From: Methylophaga frappieri
GTDB taxonomy: Bacteria > Pseudomonadota > Gammaproteobacteria > Nitrosococcales > Methylophagaceae
Direction of reading: 5' to 3'
Assembly (NCBI RefSeq): GCF_000260965.1
Contig: NC_017856.1
Span: 90,001-122,000, forward strand
Length of the DNA: 32,000 nucleotides
Made by a program: the position numbers and the translations under genes. The notes beneath the pieces are model-generated. The model ran no database searches and was not told the origin of the DNA. It was given only the letters and a program-made list of their open reading frames with translations. The first letter of the stretch is position 1. Each line of letters opens with the position of its first letter. Positions 1 through 8,270 of the stretch are shown here, piece by piece.

Positions 1-1122
1 GTCACCGATCATTTTTACAAACGCATGTTCAGTCATAACCCTGAATTAAAAGATATTTTTAACCTTGCTAATCAGGCCACCGGAAGACAGCAGTTTGCCT
101 TGTTCAGCGCCGTTGCGATGTACGCTAAGCATATTGATGATCTGGGTGCTTTAGGCGAATTGGTGGAAAGAGTTGCCCATAAACATGTCAGTTTTGATAT
201 TCAGCCAGACCAGTATCAAATTGTCGGCCATCATTTGATTGAAACACTACGAGAGATGGCGCCTAATGAATTTTCTGATGAAGTGGCCGAGGCATGGGTG
301 AAGGCCTATGGGTTACTGGCCAACGTATTGATTGGCCGCGAACACGAAATTTACAGCGATTACCAAACGAAAGCAGGTGGTTGGACTGGTTCACGTTTAT
401 TTGAAGTTAAGGATAAAACACCTGAATCAGACCTGGTGACCAGCTTTACCTTTGTTCCTGTAGACGGTGGTGAGATTGCCAACTATCAACCTGGTCAATA
501 TCTTGCCGTTAAAGTAAAACCTGAGCGGGCGGAGAATGTTGAAATCAGACAATATTCCATTTCTGATAAATTTAATGGCGAAAGTTACCGGATCAGCGTC
601 AAACGTGAATCTCAGCCACTAGCAGGTTTGGTTTCTAATCACTTACACGACGCCGTACAAGTTGGTGACCATATAGAGCTAATGCCACCCACAGGTGATT
701 TCTTTTTAGCCCATTTAGATAAACCGACAGTGTTGATCTCTGCAGGTGTTGGCATCACCCCGATGATGGCAATGCTGGAAACCCTGCTTGCAAGCCAGAC
801 CGAGCAACCCATCTGGTTTTTACATGCCTGTGACAATAAAAATCAACACACCTATGGTAAGCAACTGAAAACAAAAGAAAACCAGCTGGATAAGCTGCAT
901 TATTACTATTGGTATAAGCAGGATGATTCTGATGATGAGAAAGCGCTTAGTGGTTTGCTTAATTTAGATCGTCTGCAGTTTGAGCTGCCCCTGACTGACG
1001 GACATTTTTATATATGCGGTCCCGTCGAATTCATGCGCTTTATCAAACAGCAACTGGTGGATTTAAATGTTGCTGCAGAGCAGATTCATTATGAAGTGTT
1101 TGGTCCGCATAGCGATATTTAA
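1..1122 (+). CDS. hmp: Flavohemoprotein (NO dioxygenase). The 5' end is cut by the window edge, so roughly the first 20-25 codons are missing.
   Basis: Frame 1 is open from base 1 (VTDHFYKRMFSHNPELKDIFN...). It is collinear with E. coli Hmp from the globin helix B region through the FAD/NAD reductase domain (RQYSIS, GVGITPM, CGPxxFM) to the C-terminus (HYEVFGPH). Confidence 0.9.
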   Translation, partial: VTDHFYKRMFSHNPELKDIFNLANQATGRQQFALFSAVAMYAKHIDDLGALGELVERVAHKHVSFDIQPDQYQIVGHHLIETLREMAPNEFSDEVAEAWVKAYGLLANVLIGREHEIYSDYQTKAGGWTGSRLFEVKDKTPESDLVTSFTFVPVDGGEIANYQPGQYLAVKVKPERAENVEIRQYSISDKFNGESYRISVKRESQPLAGLVSNHLHDAVQVGDHIELMPPTGDFFLAHLDKPTVLISAGVGITPMMAMLETLLASQTEQPIWFLHACDNKNQHTYGKQLKTKENQLDKLHYYYWYKQDDSDDEKALSGLLNLDRLQFELPLTDGHFYICGPVEFMRFIKQQLVDLNVAAEQIHYEVFGPHSDI

Positions 1123-1128
1123 AAATTC

Positions 1129-1157
1129 AGTGGAGAGCGTTACAGCTCTCCACTTTC
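1129..1157 (+). terminator. Rho-independent terminator after hmp
   Basis: Perfect 10-bp stem AGTGGAGAGC/GCTCTCCACT with a 6-nt loop, starting 7 nt after the TAA. It is followed by a short TTT tract. Confidence 0.6.
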
Positions 1158-1239
1158 CTGTGTAAATACCTGCATCTTGACGCAATCTTCATCTGCACTG
1201 GCGTAAAAACTTTATTGCCAATGTTAATCAGGATGCCTT

Positions 1240-1548
1240 ATGAAAAATATCTATATCGCTTTATTCTTCAGCGGAATTGGAGTGCTTGCGTTCTCCGCTC
1301 AGGCCGAACAACCAAACGACACACAGATATGTGAAGACTGGGCCAGCAAAGCCGGCTCGTATATGTTGTTTCGACAAATGAATACACCGATACAGGAGGC
1401 CATGGAAAATGCGATGGGCAATGTTACACGTGGTTTACTGCTTAGTGCCTACCAACAACCAGTAGAGGAAACCAACGAAGGCAAGCAAAAAGCTATTGAT
1501 GATTTTAAAAGCCAAACCTATCAAGAGTGTATTTTACAAATGGAATAA
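1240..1548 (+). CDS. Small secreted hypothetical protein (102 aa)
   Basis: The N-terminal signal peptide ends in AQA/E. There is an AGGA about 8 nt upstream of the ATG and two Cys residues (C31, C97). I recognise no family. Confidence 0.5.
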   Translation: MKNIYIALFFSGIGVLAFSAQAEQPNDTQICEDWASKAGSYMLFRQMNTPIQEAMENAMGNVTRGLLLSAYQQPVEETNEGKQKAIDDFKSQTYQECILQME

Positions 1549-1551
1549 ATT

Positions 1552-2241
1552 TTAAAACTCATATTCCAGCAAGGCTCGCCAATTGGTATCGGCCGTTTTG
1601 GATGAGAGTCCAGTAAGCACACCCACCTCCCAATGCAGTTTTTTGCCAGGTGAAATACTGATATCACCCAGAAAAACCGGGCCTAAGGCTCGGGTATCTT
1701 CACCTGCATAAAACTCCATAGCCGGTTCAAAATAACGTGAAAGCCGGTAGCGCGTTTGCAATGACAAAGCGGTTTCAAATTCACTTTCCTGAGTTTGACC
1801 CCATTCATACTTGAGCCAGAGGTTGGTTGTCGCCACCCATCTGCCCCACTCTTTCAAACCAATTAATCCTGCAGACACTTCCCAGTTATTGTCATCGCGT
1901 TGCCGTTCAAGTTCAGTAATTAAGCCCCAGTCGATACTGTATTCGCCTTGCTCGGTAAGCTGCCACAAAGCCTCTATTTCAAAAGCCTGAAGGCGCAGAT
2001 CGTTATTCTGGTTATCTTCGCCAATCAGATATCCTTCAATAAAAAGCCGATCCGACAGGCTCTTCCCTATCCCCAGTCGTTGCACCTGTTTTCCATCAGA
2101 ATCTGTCATTCGCCATTCAATTTCGTGTTCCAGTGGCTGAACGTATGGTGCATAGACTTTATCGACCGGATTACCGTCGGCATAACTGCTAGCTGGTGCC
2201 ACGAGGATTAAAAATAATAATGTGATTCGAAGATTAATCAT
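1552..2241 (-). CDS. Predicted outer-membrane beta-barrel protein, last gene of the metal operon
   Basis: I chose the internal Met (MINLRITLLFLILVAPASSYA) as the start because it gives a canonical signal peptide. The sequence shows alternating amphipathic strands and a C-terminal ...LLEYEF aromatic terminus typical of OMPs. The start overlaps the FTR1-like stop by 8 nt. Confidence 0.6.
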   Translation of the reverse strand: MINLRITLLFLILVAPASSYADGNPVDKVYAPYVQPLEHEIEWRMTDSDGKQVQRLGIGKSLSDRLFIEGYLIGEDNQNNDLRLQAFEIEALWQLTEQGEYSIDWGLITELERQRDDNNWEVSAGLIGLKEWGRWVATTNLWLKYEWGQTQESEFETALSLQTRYRLSRYFEPAMEFYAGEDTRALGPVFLGDISISPGKKLHWEVGVLTGLSSKTADTNWRALLEYEF

Positions 2242-3013
2242 GTTGTAAAGACCTGGAAAATCGTCCGGAAATAATAACAACCAGCATCAGTAACAAGCTC
2301 GCCAGATAAACCATTATTTGACTCAATGTTGGTGTCGATTCATAAGCCATCAAGGCATAAAGTAACTGACCGGGTAACGAATGTTCGCTGATAATGTGGG
2401 AGCTGTCCCACACAGGTTCTGTAGAGGGTAACCAGTCAGCCTGAATCAGAAACTGGGTGGCCTGAGACATCAGACTCCCCCCCACGACAACCACCAGAAC
2501 ACATATAAATTTGGTCGCAGCTGCAGGCTTTAAGGCAATCATCAGGTGATATAGAAAAATACCGCAGCTTACTCCAATGCCTAATCCAATCAGACTGCCT
2601 GATAAGACTGATTGCATTAAAAAGTGGTCACTACGAAAGCCGGAAATATATAACATGATTTCGGCGCTCTCTCGGCTAATGGCCAGGATGATTGCCGCCA
2701 TCATCACCGCTTTAACCAGTCGATTGGGTAAGACAATATTGCTGGAAATAAGCCATAAAAAACCTGTCAGGCATAGATAAATACCAATGTGAATTATGGT
2801 ATTGGTAATTTCCTGACCAATGCCCTCCAGCCAATTGGAGATTTCAGGTAAGAAATACGCATAAGTAGCCCCGGCAATCAATCCAAGTAGGATGGCTTTG
2901 AGCAGAAAGCCTCGAGATTGCTGGCTTACAGTGGTGAAGGCCATGAACAAACTGACCACCATGGCGGCTTCCAGAACCTCACGTAACACCAGAATAACGC
3001 TATTCAATAGCAT
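2234..3013 (-). CDS. FTR1/EfeU-family metal (iron) permease-like membrane protein
   Basis: Polytopic membrane protein with two REXXE motifs in predicted TM segments: REVLE (aa 11-15) and RESAE (aa 114-118). These are the hallmark of FTR1/EfeU permeases. Confidence 0.7.
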   Translation of the reverse strand: MLLNSVILVLREVLEAAMVVSLFMAFTTVSQQSRGFLLKAILLGLIAGATYAYFLPEISNWLEGIGQEITNTIIHIGIYLCLTGFLWLISSNIVLPNRLVKAVMMAAIILAISRESAEIMLYISGFRSDHFLMQSVLSGSLIGLGIGVSCGIFLYHLMIALKPAAATKFICVLVVVVGGSLMSQATQFLIQADWLPSTEPVWDSSHIISEHSLPGQLLYALMAYESTPTLSQIMVYLASLLLMLVVIISGRFSRSLQHD

Positions 3014-3015
3014 GG

Positions 3016-3354
3016 TTAATCACCACTCTCTTTAGCAATTATTCTGCCCTGAGCTGTTTTAGGAAAAAACTCACCAAAAAATGGATACACCCCGGGTTTT
3101 AAGGGACCGACAAAAATGATCGCCTGAGTATTTCCGGGAATGACTTTTTCGCGATTGAGTTCATAGCTTTCAAATTCTTCGGGTGTGGCATCCTGATTTT
3201 TGACCAGCAATTTAACCTTGGTATTGGCGGGTATTACCAATTCATCCGGATAAAACAGATGATCCTTGATAAGGATTTCAAATACTGGAGGTTCAGCATA
3301 ACAATTAAATGAAATCAACAGGATAGCTATGCATTTAAATAAATACTTCATCAT
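3016..3354 (-). CDS. Periplasmic cupredoxin-like (Cupredoxin_1-type) protein lacking canonical copper ligands
   Basis: Signal peptide (…SFNCYA/EPP) followed by the pattern F.P..L.IPANTKVKL.V.N.D....EF....L......PG......F..LKPGVYPFF, typical of the small cupredoxin-like proteins found next to FTR1 permeases. Its ATG overlaps the kinase stop (ATGATGA). Confidence 0.65.
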   Translation of the reverse strand: MMKYLFKCIAILLISFNCYAEPPVFEILIKDHLFYPDELVIPANTKVKLLVKNQDATPEEFESYELNREKVIPGNTQAIIFVGPLKPGVYPFFGEFFPKTAQGRIIAKESGD

Positions 3355-4676
3355 TTGTTCAACGCCGCCGGAAAATCAATCACAACTTTAAGGCCACTCT
3401 CAAAAGCTGATTTGGTGAGCTTAATATCAGCATGGTGCATCTCAATAATATGTTGAACAATCGCCAGTCCCAGTCCACATCCGGGTAACTGCAGATCACT
3501 GTTTTCATTCTGGTAACGATAAAAACGGTCAAAAATACGTTCATACTGGTCTGCCGGAATACCTGGTCCATCATCCTCAATGGTTAAGCGAACCCCTTTT
3601 TCAGTTGGGTGCACATGAATCACGATATGACCATTTGTAGGGGCATACTTGCTGGCATTGTTAAGCAGATTTTGCAGTAAGGTTTCCAAGGCAAACAAAT
3701 GCCCGTGCATCATGGCTGATTCACCAATCAATTCAATGTGTTGTAAGCGTTTTTCAAACTGTTGATAATCACGGGCAATGACTTCGCTGGTTAATTTATA
3801 CAGATCGATTTGTTCGGCTTTAGCCGCAATTTGCTCTGGCGCTGTCCGATACAGCATAAGGATCTGATTGACCAGATGTCCCATTCGGTCTACCGCCGCC
3901 TGCATAAGTTGCCAATCCTCGGAGTTGTCGCCATAGGTTTGTCTTAAATTGTGTAGATGTATCTGTAAGGCACTGATAGGTGTGCGTAATTCGTGAGCAG
4001 CATCCGCAGCAAAACGTTGTTCACGTTGAAAACTCTGGTCAAGCCGCCAGAACAACTGGTTAATAATCTTCACCAACTGACTCATTTCACTGGGTAATGG
4101 GGCCAGTTCAACCGGCTTTAAATCATCTGCCTGCTTACTGGCTAGTTGTTTGGAGAGATTTTTCAACGGTTTTAAACCTGTGCCAATCAGCCACCAGATT
4201 AAAATGGCGGCGATTAGTATCCCGAAAAACGCCGGTAGAATCGTTGCTAAAACAATATCTTCCGCCATCGAGCTGCGAACATCACTGCGCTCTCCAACGA
4301 TAATCCACCGTTGAGACTGCGGATCAGGATGTACATAGTTATGCCAGCGAAAGCCATTAAAATTGACGTCATCAAATCCTTTTTCCAAACGACTCAACGC
4401 GATGTGTGGCGCAGTATCGGAGCGGGTCAACAATTGGCCTTTGGTATTCCAGATCTGAAAAAACAAATAATCACTGCTGGGTCTTTGCGACGAATCGGCA
4501 GTGGTTTGCCCAGTATGAGCGGAGGCAATTAATTCAGCCGTATTGACCAGCCGTTCATCAAATAAGCGTTGCGCCGTATCGATACTGGATTGATAGCCTT
4601 TCAGCAAAGACACAAACATCACCAATATCAGCGTTGCTACCAATATCAGTAGTAAATACAGTCGAATCGATTTCAT
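3351..4676 (-). CDS. Two-component sensor histidine kinase (periplasmic sensor, HAMP, HisKA, HATPase)
   Basis: Two TM helices flank a periplasmic domain of about 130 aa. H-box AADAAHELRTPISAL, N-box LLNNASKYAP, G1 DDGPGI and G2 GCGLGLAIV are present. Confidence 0.9.
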   Translation of the reverse strand: MKSIRLYLLLILVATLILVMFVSLLKGYQSSIDTAQRLFDERLVNTAELIASAHTGQTTADSSQRPSSDYLFFQIWNTKGQLLTRSDTAPHIALSRLEKGFDDVNFNGFRWHNYVHPDPQSQRWIIVGERSDVRSSMAEDIVLATILPAFFGILIAAILIWWLIGTGLKPLKNLSKQLASKQADDLKPVELAPLPSEMSQLVKIINQLFWRLDQSFQREQRFAADAAHELRTPISALQIHLHNLRQTYGDNSEDWQLMQAAVDRMGHLVNQILMLYRTAPEQIAAKAEQIDLYKLTSEVIARDYQQFEKRLQHIELIGESAMMHGHLFALETLLQNLLNNASKYAPTNGHIVIHVHPTEKGVRLTIEDDGPGIPADQYERIFDRFYRYQNENSDLQLPGCGLGLAIVQHIIEMHHADIKLTKSAFESGLKVVIDFPAALNK

Positions 4677-4852
4677 TGATTACTGATCTGATAGCCCACA
4701 CCACGGATGGTTTTGATAAATCCTTCCGGTAGTTTTTTACGTAAATGATGAACATGCACCTCGATGGCATTACTGGCAACCTCTTCTCCCCAGCTATAGA
4801 GCTTTGATTCCAGACTGTCACGCGTCTGCACCCGCCCGACATTTTCCATTAA
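4673..4852 (-). pseudogene. 3' remnant (last 59 codons) of an OmpR-family response regulator, truncated by the Tn3-family element
   Basis: The minus-strand frame reads LMENVGRVQTRDSLESKLYSWGEEVASNAIEVHVHHLRKKLPEGFIKTIRGVGYQISNQ*, a winged-helix C-terminus. The stop overlaps the kinase ATG (ATGA). The receiver domain is absent, and the frame meets a TAG inside the transposon IR immediately upstream. Confidence 0.85.
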
Positions 4853-4895
4853 GGGGTTCTAGGGATTTTCCCCTCTAAAGTAACATAAATCGCCA
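4853..4895. repeat. Left terminal inverted repeat (IRL), 43 bp
   Basis: GGGGTTCTAGGGATTTTCCCCTCTAAAGTAACATAAATCGCCA is identical to the reverse complement of 8021-8063. Confidence 0.9.
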
Positions 4896-4990
4896 TACTC
4901 ACCATATTTAAAGGCATACAAAGGTGGGTTACTTCTCCAAAGTATGGCAAATTATGAGGTTAACAACCCCTTAAACTTAATTTAATTCCT

Positions 4991-7975
4991 ATGGCTATAA
5001 AAAACGAACTATCAATTCTTACCAAAGCTGAGCAGCTTGATCTATATTCTCCGCCGCTATTATCACTTGAACAACAACGATTGTATTTTACGCCAAACGA
5101 GATCGAGTTAACAGAGTTGAAAAGTATTCGCCTAAGGAACCACCGATGCTATTTCATTGCGTTATTAGGGTATTTTAAGTCTAAGCCTGTGATTCTTTCA
5201 CCTAGCTTTAACCTCATCTTTGACGATATGCAGTTTATTTCAACGCAAGTTCAAGGAGGCAAAGGGATCAGGCCTTTCAGCATTAATAAGATGCAGCGTG
5301 ACCGTATATATCAAAGAATACTGAGGTTATTAAACTATCAGAAATGGGACGAAAGTCTGCACTTTGCGCCGCTGTACGAACATCTTGTTATGGTCGGCAA
5401 AGCTTGGCTTGAGCCTCGTTATCTATTCGATGCAGCCGCTGAATATCTAGCAACGCATAGAATTGCCATCCCTAAATATACTGTCTTACAAAAGCTTATC
5501 AGTCGTGTTATCCAACAGGTCAAGAAGGCGTTAAATAATAAGCTTCGTATTCATGTTTCATCTGAACTACACGGATTTCTAAATACTATTATCGATGACA
5601 AAGATGGGCTCTCCTTAAGCCAGCTTCGAGCCGGTGCAAAAAGCGTTATGGTGACAGAGCTAAAAAAAGAACTGACGGTGTATCATCAGTTACAGCCTTA
5701 TACAAGACAGATTGATAATGCTGTTAAGGGCTTAGCCTTATCGTCTAAAAACCAACAACACTTCGGTGAAATGGTGGATTATTATGGCAGTAAACTAAAA
5801 CGCTTTAAGCGTCCACAGCAACACCTATGGTTGCTGTGTTTTCTGACTCAACGCATACGGCAAAGCCTAGAGCGATTGGCTGATGGGTTTATTCATCATA
5901 TCCGTAAACAACAAGAAGCTGCGCATGCGTTTGCCCAACAGGCAGTGTTTGACTCATGGAGGTCAGCTGCAGACAATGTCACCAAAGCCGCAGAATTACT
6001 GCATCTGTTTGTTGATGACAGTATCGACGATAATCAACCATTTGCAACGGTTAGGCAACAAGCATTAAGTGTAATGAATAACCAAGATATAGAAACGCTA
6101 TGCCTGTACTTAAAAAAGCAAAAACGCACGGTAGAAGAATATCAATGGCAATATTATGATGATCAAAACGGGTTAATTGAGCAGTTATTAAGGCCCGTGT
6201 TTCTATGTCTTGAATGCCAAGCAGGTAAAGGCTCAGAAGCATTAGTGACCCAGCTCAAAACCACAAAAACAGAACTATTAGCAGGTAATACATTGCAAAC
6301 AATGGATAGTACACTTATCCAACAAAAACATCGTCCATGGTTAATTAACAAGGATGTTGTTCATCCACAGCGATACGAATGGTTGCTTTACCGTCAACTG
6401 GCTTCTCGGCTTAATGGTCGAATTTACTTATCAAACGTCACTAAATATCGTGCGCTAGAAGACGACTTAATTGCATCGTCAATACAGCCTGATCTATTGG
6501 CATCATCAACATTGGAAAAGCTAAAGCAGCCGATTCAGAAGCTACTGCAAGTAGAACAAATACGCTTAACAACATCCCTAGAAGATGTTGCTCGTCACAT
6601 TGATAATGGTGATAACCGCAATGTGATCATGAAGAGCCGAAGTGGCACACGATGGCGACTGCCAGTTAAAGGCTCCCAATCACTTGTCAACAACCCTTTC
6701 TTTAAACAAATGATCCCCGTCAGTATTGCTGATGTGTTGCGTTATGTTGAACAAGAAACCAACTTTATGCAATGCTTCGCACACGTGCTGCCAATACAAA
6801 AACAAGTAGGCGCCAATCAGGATGATTTATTGGCTATTCTAATTGCGAATGCGACACATCGCGGCGTATATGGGATGGCACAAATATCTGATCGCAGTTA
6901 TGAGCATCTAAGCACTATACAAGCTAATTATATTAGGCCTGAAACCTTGCAAGAGGCTAGTGATATCATCAATAACGCAGTAGCGGCACTCCCTATTTTC
7001 CGCCACTATCACATCCAAGAAGACGTCCTGCACGCCAGTACCGATGGGCAAAAATTTGAAACTCACCTTGAGACTTTTAAAACTCGCTACTCCTCGAAAT
7101 ACTTCGGCACCAACAAAGGTATTACGGCCATGACGTTAGTTGCCAATCATAGTGCGTTAAATGCCCGTATCATAGGATCTAATGAGCATGAGTCCCATTA
7201 TATTTACGACTTACTACAATCTAATACTAGTGATCTTAAGCCAGATGTCCTCTCAACCGACACCCATGGTGTTAATCATGTTAATTATGCCTTATTGGAT
7301 TTATGCGGTTATAGTTTTGCGCCTAGGTATGCTCAGTTCACCAGTGTGATCAATGACCTATTTAACGTAACTGAAAGCGACGACGGAAACACGCATCTGG
7401 CGCTGAAAAAGCCGATAAAAATGAATGTGATTGAAGAAGGCTGGCAGGATATTCAGCGTATTGTGTTATCCCTTCAAGAAAAACGCACAACACAGGCATT
7501 GCTAGTACGCAAATTATCTGGTTATCCATCTAGACACCCTATATTACAAGCATTAACGGAATATAATAGGCTCATCAAAGCCCAATATTTACTTGATTAT
7601 ATTGATGATGCAAGTCTGCGCCAATATGTTCAACGAGCACTGAACCGAGGCGAAGCCTGGCATTTCCTCAGGCGAGCTATTGCATCGGTCAATCGTGACC
7701 AGTTCCGTGGAAAAAACGAATCAGAAATAGTCGTCTGGAACGAGTGTGCCCGTTTGACGGCAAATGCTATTATCTACTTTAACTCGATGATCCTAAGTCA
7801 TCTATTACTGCACTTTGAAGAAGTTGGTGACGAGGAAAAAGCAGCAATAACTCGACAAGTATCACCCGTTGCATGGCAGAACATTAATCTGAGCGGCACT
7901 TATCAGTTCGCTAGTAACCGCAAACTACCTGATTTACAGGAAATAACTAGGCCTATTGTTGAAAATGAAGTCTAA
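4991..7975 (+). CDS. tnpA: Tn3-family DDE transposase (994 aa)
   Basis: The size, the position between GGGG-type IRs and the general sequence character match Tn3-family TnpA (about 1000 aa). An in-frame stop lies at 4961-4963 and the first ATG is at 4991. Confidence 0.9.
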   Translation: MAIKNELSILTKAEQLDLYSPPLLSLEQQRLYFTPNEIELTELKSIRLRNHRCYFIALLGYFKSKPVILSPSFNLIFDDMQFISTQVQGGKGIRPFSINKMQRDRIYQRILRLLNYQKWDESLHFAPLYEHLVMVGKAWLEPRYLFDAAAEYLATHRIAIPKYTVLQKLISRVIQQVKKALNNKLRIHVSSELHGFLNTIIDDKDGLSLSQLRAGAKSVMVTELKKELTVYHQLQPYTRQIDNAVKGLALSSKNQQHFGEMVDYYGSKLKRFKRPQQHLWLLCFLTQRIRQSLERLADGFIHHIRKQQEAAHAFAQQAVFDSWRSAADNVTKAAELLHLFVDDSIDDNQPFATVRQQALSVMNNQDIETLCLYLKKQKRTVEEYQWQYYDDQNGLIEQLLRPVFLCLECQAGKGSEALVTQLKTTKTELLAGNTLQTMDSTLIQQKHRPWLINKDVVHPQRYEWLLYRQLASRLNGRIYLSNVTKYRALEDDLIASSIQPDLLASSTLEKLKQPIQKLLQVEQIRLTTSLEDVARHIDNGDNRNVIMKSRSGTRWRLPVKGSQSLVNNPFFKQMIPVSIADVLRYVEQETNFMQCFAHVLPIQKQVGANQDDLLAILIANATHRGVYGMAQISDRSYEHLSTIQANYIRPETLQEASDIINNAVAALPIFRHYHIQEDVLHASTDGQKFETHLETFKTRYSSKYFGTNKGITAMTLVANHSALNARIIGSNEHESHYIYDLLQSNTSDLKPDVLSTDTHGVNHVNYALLDLCGYSFAPRYAQFTSVINDLFNVTESDDGNTHLALKKPIKMNVIEEGWQDIQRIVLSLQEKRTTQALLVRKLSGYPSRHPILQALTEYNRLIKAQYLLDYIDDASLRQYVQRALNRGEAWHFLRRAIASVNRDQFRGKNESEIVVWNECARLTANAIIYFNSMILSHLLLHFEEVGDEEKAAITRQVSPVAWQNINLSGTYQFASNRKLPDLQEITRPIVENEV

Positions 7976-8020
7976 AATGAAAGGTAACCCAGCTCCACAA
8001 GCCATTAACTGCGAGGGTTG

Positions 8021-8063
8021 TGGCGATTTATGTTACTTTAGAGGGGAAAATCCCTAGAACCCC
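8021..8063. repeat. Right terminal inverted repeat (IRR), 43 bp
   Basis: Perfect reverse complement of 4853-4895. Confidence 0.9.
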
Positions 8064-8270
8064 TTTGAAGTTATCCAGCCCCAACGGGAAATGATCGGCA
8101 AAGAAAATAATATTCGCCGCTGCAGCATCAAATGTGACCCACTCAGAATCACCAGAAACAACGGTTGTACTCGGTTTCACCCATACCCGATGAGCGTGGG
8201 CCAGACTCGCCTGGAACAGCCCTACCGTAAGTGATGCAGCAACGAGTGTTTTAATTAGCTTATTTTTCAT
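8064..8270 (-). pseudogene. 5' remnant (69 codons) of a DUF4198-like periplasmic protein gene, truncated by the Tn3-family element
   Basis: Signal peptide plus ...ASLAHAHRVWVKPSTTVVSGDSEWVTFD..., the N-terminal AH.xW.xPs pattern of DUF4198 proteins. From 8063 the frame runs into the IR, which adds GVLGIFPSKVT and a stop (ORF 8028-8270). Confidence 0.55.

Larger units (their letters stand above)
4853..8063 (+). mobile_element. Tn3-family minimal (IS-like) element: transposase only, with no resolvase and no passenger genes
   Basis: A 3,211-bp unit bounded by perfect 43-bp inverted repeats that begin GGGG. It encloses a single 994-aa transposase ORF. Confidence 0.9.

Noticed and set aside
4558-4842. 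94-aa minus-strand ORF spanning the kinase start and the region up to the transposon
   Set aside because: It is in a different frame from the clearly homologous OmpR-type C-terminus (4673-4852), overlaps the kinase N-terminus and resembles no family. I take it to be a frame artefact.
4853-8063. Passenger, resistance or resolvase genes and a res site inside the transposon
   Set aside because: Only 95 bp (4896-4990) and 45 bp (7976-8020) lie outside tnpA and the IRs, so there is no room for additional genes.
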